Both the position numbers and the translations under genes were made by a program. Positions 35,687-42,762 of a DNA stretch of 42,762 bases are shown one piece after another. The notes beneath the pieces were generated by a model, which saw only the letters and a program-made list of their open reading frames with translations, was not told the origin of the DNA and did not search any database. The stretch covers positions 1 through 42,762 of the forward strand of contig JBEKWX010000003.1 in NCBI GenBank assembly GCA_049512675.1. Reading direction: 5' to 3'. The stretch comes from Terriglobales bacterium. GTDB taxonomy: Bacteria; Acidobacteriota; Terriglobia; Terriglobales; Acidobacteriaceae. Each line of letters begins with the position of its first letter. The first letter of the stretch is position 1.

Positions 35687-37264
35687 CTAGTTATCCGCCT
35701 GGGCACGCGGCATGAATTCCAAGACCTTGATTCCGTCGAATACCCCTAACTCGCGGACGGAGTGCGTTTCGGAAGTGCTGGACACGATCCAATCGAGGGT
35801 TCTGTACGATGGTCTGTATGCCACCGCCAGAAAGCGTTCCCGCCGCTGAGCTGCCTTTTGAAGGAATACCGCAGCGACACGAACCGCTTCGTCATTGAGC
35901 GCCCGTGGCAGTCCCACCACTGGAACGCTGAGTGGGTAGTAAGCGAGTGGCGCAAAAAGGCCGCTGTCTTTCACTGCCGCACCGTCCGGCATGGGCACGA
36001 CGTCGGCTTCCGGGAAATCGCTGCAGATCATCACTGGAGCGTTGTCGGCAGAAGCGTTTTTCTCGGCGAGTTCCAAAGCGTATTTCCATGTGTAGTTGTG
36101 GAGTTTGGAAGACGGGGAAGTGAAGGACGAGTACGCGGTAGTCGCCACGACGGCCACGCAGAACAGCAATCGTAGAGTGCGGGAATCAATTCGATTGACA
36201 AGCCAAGCCCAGCCGAGCGCGATCCCTGGAATAGCGACCAGCCGGTAGCGAGGCACAAAAACGTGTATCGATGTTTCCACGCTCACGCCATAGAGGATCA
36301 GAATCGGAATGAGCGCCAATAATGCGCAAAGCCAGAAACGCCAGTCTGCAAAACGGCTTTGCAGATCAAGCCGCCCGGTCGCGAAGGCAACAAGAACGAT
36401 ACTGGCGAAGATATAGGCCAGCCAGTCTGGCGCCAGCGTCCCGCTTAGATCATCCGGCGTCGGAGGCCCGGCGAAAATGTGCGCGCTCTTGGTGTGAAAC
36501 ATCAGTTGCAACACGGGAACAACGGGCAAGAACGCTAAAGCAAAAGTTGCGAGTGCAACTCCGCCCTGCCGCCATAAAGGCTTGCGGTCGCCAATCTTGA
36601 CTGCCAAAAAGCAGATGGCCAGTACCGGCAAGATCAGAGTGAAGAGAAATTGGAAGTGGCCAATGCATGCTGCCGACAGGCCAAACAGGGCCGCCAGCCA
36701 GTTCGAGGTGTTGTGCCGTAAGTGAACCAGGGCAAGGATAGAAGCGTTGATTGTCAGGACCGCAAACGCATAGGGTCGAACGTCAATGGAAGCAAAAATG
36801 ACAACCGGATTAAGGCAGAAAACGATGGTAGCGATGATGGCAACATCTCGGTCGGACAATTCCCGTGCGACCAGATACAGCAAATATGCCGCCCCAAGCA
36901 TGGCGAGAATGGAAGAAATTCTGAGCGTGATCTCGCCCGTTCCCGTAGCTTTGGCCCATAGCCAGAGAATGTAGGGATAAACGGGGATAATCGGCCAACC
37001 CATGCGAGACACGATCTCTGAGAATCCCGCTTTGATCACGAAAAACGAGTGCGTCTCATCCAGCCACAAGGGTGCGCGGATGGCGATGAACCAGAGAGAA
37101 ATAGACACAGCAACTGCGGCTGCGTAAACCGCAGACAGAACGCGGCCCTGAATGAACTGGACGCTCGCAGGCTGTGCCTTGGCTCTCTCGGATCCTTCGA
37201 TTTGAGCTTCTGAGATAGTGCCTGAAGTTCCTTGAGTGCTCCTCCATCGGATACCTGCGGCCAT
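35687..37264 (-). CDS. GT-C fold membrane glycosyltransferase (family 39/83, ArnT/PMT-like)
   Basis: Polytopic membrane protein. First-loop motif 'RAPLWLDETHSFFV', then 'ITLRISSILAMLGAAYLLYLVAREL' and multiple further helices. Soluble C-terminal domain. Confidence 0.75.
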   Translation of the reverse strand: MAAGIRWRSTQGTSGTISEAQIEGSERAKAQPASVQFIQGRVLSAVYAAAVAVSISLWFIAIRAPLWLDETHSFFVIKAGFSEIVSRMGWPIIPVYPYILWLWAKATGTGEITLRISSILAMLGAAYLLYLVARELSDRDVAIIATIVFCLNPVVIFASIDVRPYAFAVLTINASILALVHLRHNTSNWLAALFGLSAACIGHFQFLFTLILPVLAICFLAVKIGDRKPLWRQGGVALATFALAFLPVVPVLQLMFHTKSAHIFAGPPTPDDLSGTLAPDWLAYIFASIVLVAFATGRLDLQSRFADWRFWLCALLALIPILILYGVSVETSIHVFVPRYRLVAIPGIALGWAWLVNRIDSRTLRLLFCVAVVATTAYSSFTSPSSKLHNYTWKYALELAEKNASADNAPVMICSDFPEADVVPMPDGAAVKDSGLFAPLAYYPLSVPVVGLPRALNDEAVRVAAVFLQKAAQRRERFLAVAYRPSYRTLDWIVSSTSETHSVRELGVFDGIKVLEFMPRAQADN

Positions 37265-37530
37265 TGAATCTTTCCATTAAGATCGTGGTCGTTATGAGTA
37301 TAAAATATTTTTCAGCCTCATCCGTTCTCGCCCACTTCCTATCTGCGCCAGCTTGACGGTCCAACCCTCTGTTGATCTTTTGCAACTTACTTTTTTGAGC
37401 TGGCGTCGCGATTGCCAATTCCCGACTGGGAGATGTGGCGCATTCCGTTTTCGTACACGTCGATCGCCGTACGGTGTAAGGTTGGATAAATTGCAAGAAC
37501 GGAGCCAGATTCATTTTCGATGAGCCCACT

Positions 37531-37659
37531 ATGGAACGAGCGGTCTTCAAGGCAGTAATAGTCGGCGCCGGCCCCGCGGGCCTGACTGCCGCCTACGAGC
37601 TATCGAAGCGGCATGCCCCAGCTGTTGTCCTCGAGAGCGACCCCGAATATGTCGGCGGT
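37531..37659 (+). pseudogene. N-terminal fragment (43 codons) of an FAD/NAD(P)-dependent oxidoreductase
   Basis: '[43 protein letters not shown]' is a complete dinucleotide-binding beta-alpha-beta motif. Homology ends after VGG and the frame drifts into low-complexity sequence. Confidence 0.55.
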
Positions 37660-37790
37660 ACGACTTCACCTGCCGCTGCGGCACGCCGAGGTGCAGTGCG
37701 TTCGGGTAGCCAGGGTCGATTTCGAGAGCCTCCTGGAAAGCCGTTCCTTGCTGGAAGCCGGGTTTCCGCTTCCGCTTCATGCGCACCCAC

Positions 37791-37886
37791 CGCGCCCGCC
37801 TCGTGGTATTCGGCGTCCTGATTCACCGCCCACACGTCATACTTGCGCGTCCCCGCCAAGATGTTCTTGGCGGTCAGCATTGCCGC
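37791..37886 (-). pseudogene. C-terminal tail fragment of the same oxidoreductase family, opposite strand
   Basis: The minus strand reads 'AAMLTAKNILAGTRKYDVWAVNQDAEYHEAGA'. From memory this matches the extreme C-terminus of the amine-oxidase/UDP-galactopyranose-mutase-like FAD oxidoreductases found in polysaccharide loci. Confidence 0.4.
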
Positions 37887-37921
37887 ATAAGTACAACAAT
37901 CAGGATCATGCCATGATGACG
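37886..37921 (+). pseudogene. 12-codon conserved block 'HKYNNQDHAMMT' of the same oxidoreductase family, plus strand
   Basis: On the plus strand, CAT AAG TAC AAC AAT CAG GAT CAT GCC ATG ATG ACG encodes the block that normally precedes '...AMLTAKNI...'. Here it abuts that tail head-to-head at 37886. Confidence 0.4.
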
Positions 37922-37957
37922 AAAGAGCGCAGTCGAAATTTCGCCATTTGATTCGGC

Positions 37958-39310
37958 TCAGCCAGTAAGGCGTCGGTGCCTGCGCTCGGAAAGTGGAAGG
38001 TGGTCGTCCATCGCCAGCACCTGCGCATGCGGGAGCGGTCTCTCCTTCAGGCGGGTGAAATCCACTACCCCGTAGACTGCCAGCACCAGCATCATGGGAT
38101 CGATTTGGCGGCGGAAATACGTCTCCACATGCGTGAAATAGAACACCACGGGGAAAAACAAGAACACCAAACCGTAGAGAATCGCGACCGGCCTATTTAC
38201 CCGAAATGTGCGGCCGAGGCCAATCATCGTCAACAGCGTAAAGAGTGTGCTGAAGACAATATTGACGGGGTCGTCCGGTTCCTGGGCTAGATAGTAGGAG
38301 CTGAAGCTCCAAAAGTGAGTCCAGATAAAGACGATCCGCCGCAGCGTGACGACGGCAAAAAAACGCGGGTTTGCCCGGATGAATGTGAGCGCCCTTTCTT
38401 TACTCTCCTCCATATAGGCGATCTCGCCAATTTGCTTGAACTTCTGCCATTCCGCGTCATTGTGCCAGGGACCAATTTTCTCTGCTAAGGCCGAGCCCAC
38501 GGAGCACCCGGCCCAATACGAAGTATCCCCATTGTTGCCGATGAGCATCTCCAGTCCGATCGAGTCCCGAAAAGGAATGAAGCGGTGAAATACCTCATAG
38601 TTGCGAACGAACCACCGACTCACCGAAACGATGATGGTGAGCGAGGCAACCGTAAGCGGCACGAGCCAGCGTTCTTTCCGCTGGTATCGACGAACGCCGA
38701 TCCAACCAAACATGACCGGCAAAACGTTGAGCACTACAGGGTCGGTGAGGGCGGCAAATCCCCAAAGCAATCCATACCCGATCCACGCAACCAGAGCGAC
38801 CGGGCGCTCAAGATGCAAGGTGATCAAAAACAATAGGGCAAGCAGCAGGGTCGCCAGCCAGGTCGGCCAGATGCGCTCCGCCGGCCAATAAATCGCGAGC
38901 GGAAAGAGCGCCCAACCCCATCCGGAGAACAGCGCTACGCGATCCCCGAAAGTCTTGCGTGCCGCGAAATATACTGGGAGGCAGGTCAAGGCCGACATCA
39001 ATGCTTGCAAGGAGAGCAAAACCAACGCGGATGTTTTGCTATAGGTCCCGAAGATCATGAAAACGCCGGCGATCAGGTAGGGATAGACCGGGGGTTCCCA
39101 AGCCGTCGGTCCAGTGTCTTCAAAGAGTGGGCTGCGAAATCCGTGACCCTGCACAATGGAGGATGCGATCCTGCCGTTTTCAAAGCCAAAGAGAAAGTGA
39201 TTTCGTCCCGGGGGCATCTGCTCGGGGTAGAGAACCCCGACCACGGCCAACCGGATGGCCAGAGCGAGAAGGACCATGCACCATTTGCTGTTAAGGAAAG
39301 TCGCGAACAT
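37958..39310 (-). CDS. GT-C fold membrane glycosyltransferase (family 39-like), second paralog
   Basis: 'FLFGFENGRIASSIVQGHGFRSPLFEDTGPTAWEPPVYPYLIAGVF' is the first-loop Glu motif typical of PMT_2-type enzymes. About 11 further hydrophobic helices. Start is ambiguous (ATG 39310 preferred, ATG 39415 possible). Confidence 0.7.
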   Translation of the reverse strand: MFATFLNSKWCMVLLALAIRLAVVGVLYPEQMPPGRNHFLFGFENGRIASSIVQGHGFRSPLFEDTGPTAWEPPVYPYLIAGVFMIFGTYSKTSALVLLSLQALMSALTCLPVYFAARKTFGDRVALFSGWGWALFPLAIYWPAERIWPTWLATLLLALLFLITLHLERPVALVAWIGYGLLWGFAALTDPVVLNVLPVMFGWIGVRRYQRKERWLVPLTVASLTIIVSVSRWFVRNYEVFHRFIPFRDSIGLEMLIGNNGDTSYWAGCSVGSALAEKIGPWHNDAEWQKFKQIGEIAYMEESKERALTFIRANPRFFAVVTLRRIVFIWTHFWSFSSYYLAQEPDDPVNIVFSTLFTLLTMIGLGRTFRVNRPVAILYGLVFLFFPVVFYFTHVETYFRRQIDPMMLVLAVYGVVDFTRLKERPLPHAQVLAMDDHLPLSERRHRRLTG

Positions 39311-39486
39311 GGTATGGGGAGGAACTGCAGGCGTCGCTAGAAATTTGCATGCCCAATAAGATTCAGGACCAGGATTTAACTTCCGATTTGCCTTCACACT
39401 ACACCATTGGCCCATGTTGAAAGCGAGTCGCCTCTCCGAAGAGCAGTTCCCGCCCGTTGAGACGCAGCACCCCCCAAATGAGAGTC

Positions 39487-39573
39487 CGGGTCAATGAGTG
39501 TAATCGGGATTTATCAACAATGACCCTCTCGACCCGATGCCAACTCCACGGCCTTCATTGACTTGCCCGTTTC
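39487..39573 (+). repeat. 87-bp dispersed repeat, copy 2
   Basis: CGGGTCAATGAGTGTAATCGGGATTTATCAACAATGACC...ATTGACTTGCCCGTTTC. Ends 22 nt before the kinase-remnant ATG. Confidence 0.6.
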
Positions 39574-39594
39574 GCCCCGTAAGATTTGCCCCTA

Positions 39595-39929
39595 ATGATC
39601 GGGCAGACCATTTCGCACTACGGCGTCGTAGAACGAACATCTGAACGATTTACGACATCGGCGAGCAGGACGGGCAGGCATTCATCGCCATGGGCATCTG
39701 GAAGGGGTGACGCTGAAGCATCGCATAGCCGGAAGGCCCACTGGAGAAAGATGTATTACTCAGTCTGGCGATTGAGATTGCCGATGCCCTCGACGCCACC
39801 CACGCTAAAGGAATCGTCTACCGCGACATCAAGACCGCCAACATCTTCGTGACCAAGCGGGGCCGCGTCACCGATCGCCGCTCCGGCATCGAAGCCGGGA
39901 CTTTCAGCGTGGAAACACAGCCTGACTAA
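39595..39929 (+). pseudogene. Ser/Thr protein kinase remnant (internal deletion plus several frameshifts, 3' truncated)
   Basis: Collinear pieces lie in three frames: 'MIGQTISHYGVVE', 'IYDIGEQDGQAFIAMG', '[14 protein letters not shown]' and '[43 protein letters not shown]'. The last is the catalytic loop, with HRD>YRD and KPxN>KTAN. The glycine-rich loop and VAIK region, and everything after subdomain VIb, are missing. Confidence 0.65.
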
Positions 39930-42247
39930 GGTTTTCGTTGGCTAAGCGCTTGCGCGCGCTGTCGGGCATACTGCTCCAACTCCGCTTGGCCTTGGGCTGC
40001 ATACAGATCAGCCAGCGCTGTCCAGCGCTGCGGGTTGGACGGCTCGTAACTTAGCGCTTCCTCTTGAAATCCGATTGCGCGGCCCAAATCGCCCAGCTTT
40101 GCCCAGACTCGCGCCCTTGTTTGCGCTACTTGCACCTCGATCATCTTCTTAACATCCGGCGGCTCGTGATCGGAGTGTTCAATCGCCGCATCCAAGGCTG
40201 CCAGCGCATCCTGCGGTTGGTTGATCGCCAGATAGATTTGTCCCAGAAACATATACTGCACACTGGGCTGCGCCGAGAGTCCTGCCGCGTGCCGCACCGC
40301 ACTTACCGCTTCGGCATAGCGGTTCTGCGAGTAGTACAAGGAGCCCAATGAGGACCAATTGACTTCAGTTGGAGCGAGGCGCGCCGAGACCAGATACTCG
40401 CGCTCTGCCTCTTGAAATTGCCGTTCGGCTTGATACAGTTGGCCGCGTGTATGGTGGAGATAAGGCTCCTCCGGAAACATCTGCAGCGCGCGATCAAGCG
40501 CCTGCGCCGCTTCCGCGTTGCGCCCGAGGTTGAAGAGAATCGAACCGGCATTGGCGTAGAAATTAAACAACTCCGCCCGTCCCCGAAACGACGTATCGGC
40601 TGCAAGAGCAGCGGGCGGAACGAACTGCACCTTGCTGCAATCGACCTGCAGGCGATTGATCAACGCCGCGTTCTCGGGACGGTTGCGGACAAACACCGCT
40701 CCTTCCTCATCCAGGTAAACCGGCTTCCATGCCTGGCTGGTGCAGAATTGCTTCACATCCGTCCTTCCCAGGCTCCCTGTTCCCTGGCGCGCGACCGAGA
40801 AGATCACTGTGTTGATGCCCCACTGATCGGCCTCTTGTTGCCAGGCAGCGGAGTCGGGCAGTTGCCTCATCACCTTCCTTTCCTCAAACATCAAGTCGCC
40901 GAACGGAATTGCGCGACCGTCAATGTAATCGGGATATCGCGGCCCGAGCCGGAAAGCGAGGTATCCTCCCATGCTGTATTCATGAAAGATGTTTCCCGGC
41001 AGTTGCTCGCGCAAAACGAACTCTGCGGCTCGCTCCGGATACAAGGAAGATAACCCGGCGCCAAACAGAGTCGACTCGCCGGCCGAAATATAAGCACGTT
41101 CGGAAATGAGATCGTAGGCGCGGATCGCAACCAATAGCGCGCAGACCCCAAGGAATGCAACCGTGGGCCACGATCTCGGCGCGACGGGTTCGCGACGCTC
41201 ACGTTTCGCCCGGCCCTTGACTGCAGCCGGCCGACTGGACCGGTCAGGTTCGAACCAGCCGGAAAAATAAGGAGCTGCGACCACGATTGCAACAATCGCA
41301 AACAACCCCTGGAAACGCAGGTATCGGAGCGAAAAGTAACCGAATGCCAGTAGAAGAGCCGCGGCTCCGAGCTGTTTCCGTTTGAGGGCGACCACCGCGG
41401 CTATCGCGGCCGCCGCCAGCAGCCACCAATAACTGCTGTTTGCGTTCCGCCAGTCGAGCGCCCGCGATAGCGTTTCAAACGAGATCGGTGTATGTCTCCA
41501 CTCGGCGATCAGGTTTTCATGAACACCTTGGGCCTGCTCCTGCCGAATCACTGTCGTGTAGATATTCCATCCCCACGGATTGCACAGAGTCGCCGGCAGC
41601 GCGGCCAAAAGCCAGGGCGCGGCGCGGCGCAAGCGGTCGGCGGCGGCGACACGGCGTTCCGGAAAAATGAACTCCAGGAGTTCGAGAGCAGCGTATCCGG
41701 CCAGGAGTGCTAGCCCAGCCACGAATCCCGGGTGAGCGTTCACCCAGATCAGCATCAACAAAGGGATCAGCCACAGCGGCGCATACCGCCCGCGGAAGTG
41801 CCGCCAAAGCGTGGCCAGCAACGCGGCAAACAATAATGTTGTGAATAGGTCGGCACGAGGGGTGGTACGATACGCGATTCGCGGGATGGCGAGGATCGCA
41901 AGTAAGATGGCAGCGAGGCTGGTTTCCGCGCTAAGCGCAATGGCTACCGTGGCCACGCAAGCTGCGCTGTTCAACCAGGACAAAGCGGCGAAACCGCCCA
42001 AAGCGTACAGCCCGTAGAGAACAAGCTCCGCCAGCGGAGGATAGACCCACTCCCGATCGCGAGCGGTGTACGACAAAACGTCGGTGGAAGGAATCCGGTG
42101 GTGTTGCACTATGTATCTGCCGCTCGCCAACTGCCAACCAGTGTCGGGGTCGATGACCGTGCGCAATCCGGCGAGGGTGCCATACAACAGCACCAAAGCC
42201 ATGAGCGCCCCCACACTGTAGCGCAGGCGACTGGAGGGCAAATTCAT
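39926..42247 (-). CDS. Polytopic membrane protein (GT-C-like N-terminal domain) with C-terminal TPR repeats
   Basis: N-terminal half has at least 10 hydrophobic helices, starting '[29 protein letters not shown]'. C-terminal roughly 250 aa are TPR-like, e.g. '[29 protein letters not shown]' and '[18 protein letters not shown]'. Confidence 0.8.
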   Translation of the reverse strand: MNLPSSRLRYSVGALMALVLLYGTLAGLRTVIDPDTGWQLASGRYIVQHHRIPSTDVLSYTARDREWVYPPLAELVLYGLYALGGFAALSWLNSAACVATVAIALSAETSLAAILLAILAIPRIAYRTTPRADLFTTLLFAALLATLWRHFRGRYAPLWLIPLLMLIWVNAHPGFVAGLALLAGYAALELLEFIFPERRVAAADRLRRAAPWLLAALPATLCNPWGWNIYTTVIRQEQAQGVHENLIAEWRHTPISFETLSRALDWRNANSSYWWLLAAAAIAAVVALKRKQLGAAALLLAFGYFSLRYLRFQGLFAIVAIVVAAPYFSGWFEPDRSSRPAAVKGRAKRERREPVAPRSWPTVAFLGVCALLVAIRAYDLISERAYISAGESTLFGAGLSSLYPERAAEFVLREQLPGNIFHEYSMGGYLAFRLGPRYPDYIDGRAIPFGDLMFEERKVMRQLPDSAAWQQEADQWGINTVIFSVARQGTGSLGRTDVKQFCTSQAWKPVYLDEEGAVFVRNRPENAALINRLQVDCSKVQFVPPAALAADTSFRGRAELFNFYANAGSILFNLGRNAEAAQALDRALQMFPEEPYLHHTRGQLYQAERQFQEAEREYLVSARLAPTEVNWSSLGSLYYSQNRYAEAVSAVRHAAGLSAQPSVQYMFLGQIYLAINQPQDALAALDAAIEHSDHEPPDVKKMIEVQVAQTRARVWAKLGDLGRAIGFQEEALSYEPSNPQRWTALADLYAAQGQAELEQYARQRAQALSQRKP

Positions 42248-42523
42248 GAGAAGGCTAACCCAGGCATTGCAGGCCGTTCGCTTCTGGCAGAATGGAAAAT
42301 CTCAGAGAGTATACCGCAACCACACTTCGCTCCCTCCTTTCCCCTCGTCTACCAGACACGGTCGCAGATGTTCGCGAAATTCCCGGTGCTGTGGTTAGCA
42401 CCTACGCCGGAACCGAGACCCCGCTGCAGTAAGTAAGTTTGAATTTGCTAAAGTACCTGGGGGAGGGTACAAGCCGGAAAGAAGCAGAGGAGATGATCTG
42501 CACTCTTTCTTTTTCGTCAAAGC

Positions 42524-42556
42524 AAGCCGCCTGATGTTTGGCGGCTTTTCCTTTGC
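42524..42556 (+). terminator. Orphan intrinsic-terminator-like hairpin on the plus strand
   Basis: AAGCCGCC (42524-42531), 8-nt loop, GGCGGCTT (42540-42547), then TTCCTTTG. No annotated plus-strand gene lies upstream of it. Confidence 0.35.
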
Positions 42557-42626
42557 ATCGCGCGGAATGTGGGGGCGGTGACTGTTGCAACCAGGCGTTA
42601 GCGCTCATTGAGATTTTGAGGGTCTG

Positions 42627-42659
42627 GCGTCAATGAGTGTAATTGATTCCATAACAATG
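42627..42659 (+). repeat. Partial, diverged third copy of the 5' module of the 87-bp repeat
   Basis: GTCAATGAGTGTAAT (42629-42643) is identical to copy 2. The following TGATTCCATAACAATG matches 11 of 16 positions of copy 2. It also forms an inverted repeat with CTCATTGA at 42604-42611. Confidence 0.4.
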
Positions 42660-42728
42660 TCGGCTCCCACGCCCGGATAGACTTTGGTGGTACCAACCAA
42701 CCAAGGCCCGGGAGAAAGGAGCCGAACG

Positions 42729-42762
42729 ATGATCATTATAGGATGCGATTATCACCCGGGTT
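42729..42762 (+). mobile_element. 5' end of an IS110-family transposase gene (runs off the window)
   Basis: ATG 42729 is preceded by AAGGAG with a 7-nt spacer. It translates to 'MIIIGCDYHPG', which I recognise as the N-terminus of a DEDD-type IS110-family transposase group. Only 11 codons are visible. Confidence 0.5.

Noticed and set aside
35488-35706. 72-aa minus-strand ORF in the pilT / GT-C convergent gap
   Set aside because: It overlaps the 3' end of the GT-C gene region. The translation is Arg/Ala/Ser-rich without motifs apart from a hydrophobic 'TTVLAALLLIASA' tail. It has no RBS and is likely non-coding.
42493-42534. 13-codon ORF (MICTLSFSSKQAA) ending inside the terminator-like hairpin
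   Set aside because: The GAGGAG abuts the ATG with no spacer and the peptide has no features. It cannot be supported as a leader peptide.

Overview
GC-rich bacterial chromosomal segment. By pattern recognition only (no search was run) it looks Acidobacteriota-like: a giant CarboxypepD_reg/TonB-dependent receptor, an 'MIGQTISHY' Ser/Thr-kinase N-terminus and an 'MIIIGCDYHPG' IS110-type transposase start. Nt 1-34000 are mostly catabolic. They hold a desaturase 3' end, a frameshifted P450, a porin plus heptaheme cytochrome c pair, and a compact pcaHGBDC-aldehyde dehydrogenase-pobA operon (protocatechuate branch of the beta-ketoadipate pathway). The most unusual locus is a minus-strand operon of TPP-dependent E1 alpha/beta, a free-standing 85-aa lipoyl domain, an adenylating (ANL) enzyme and a saccharopine-dehydrogenase-like protein, with no E2 core or E3 in the window. 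It is followed by a divergent HxlR-thiolase-acyl-CoA ligase operon, a TonB-dependent receptor plus monoheme cytochrome c, two divergent MetE-like methyltransferases plus a 557-aa SAM methyltransferase, and an ALDH/TIM-barrel/cupin/PaaK-like ligase/thioesterase operon. Nt 34000-42762 are an envelope region with three GT-C-type membrane proteins. This region is visibly decayed and rearranged: frameshifted pilT, scrambled fragments of an FAD oxidoreductase, a multiply frameshifted Ser/Thr kinase remnant, an 87-bp dispersed repeat, and an IS110-type transposase start at the window edge. A PQQ alcohol dehydrogenase deletion remnant lies at 28.7-29.0 kb. No rRNA, tRNA or CRISPR array was recognised. 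All family calls come from motifs read in the ORF translations and are not database hits.
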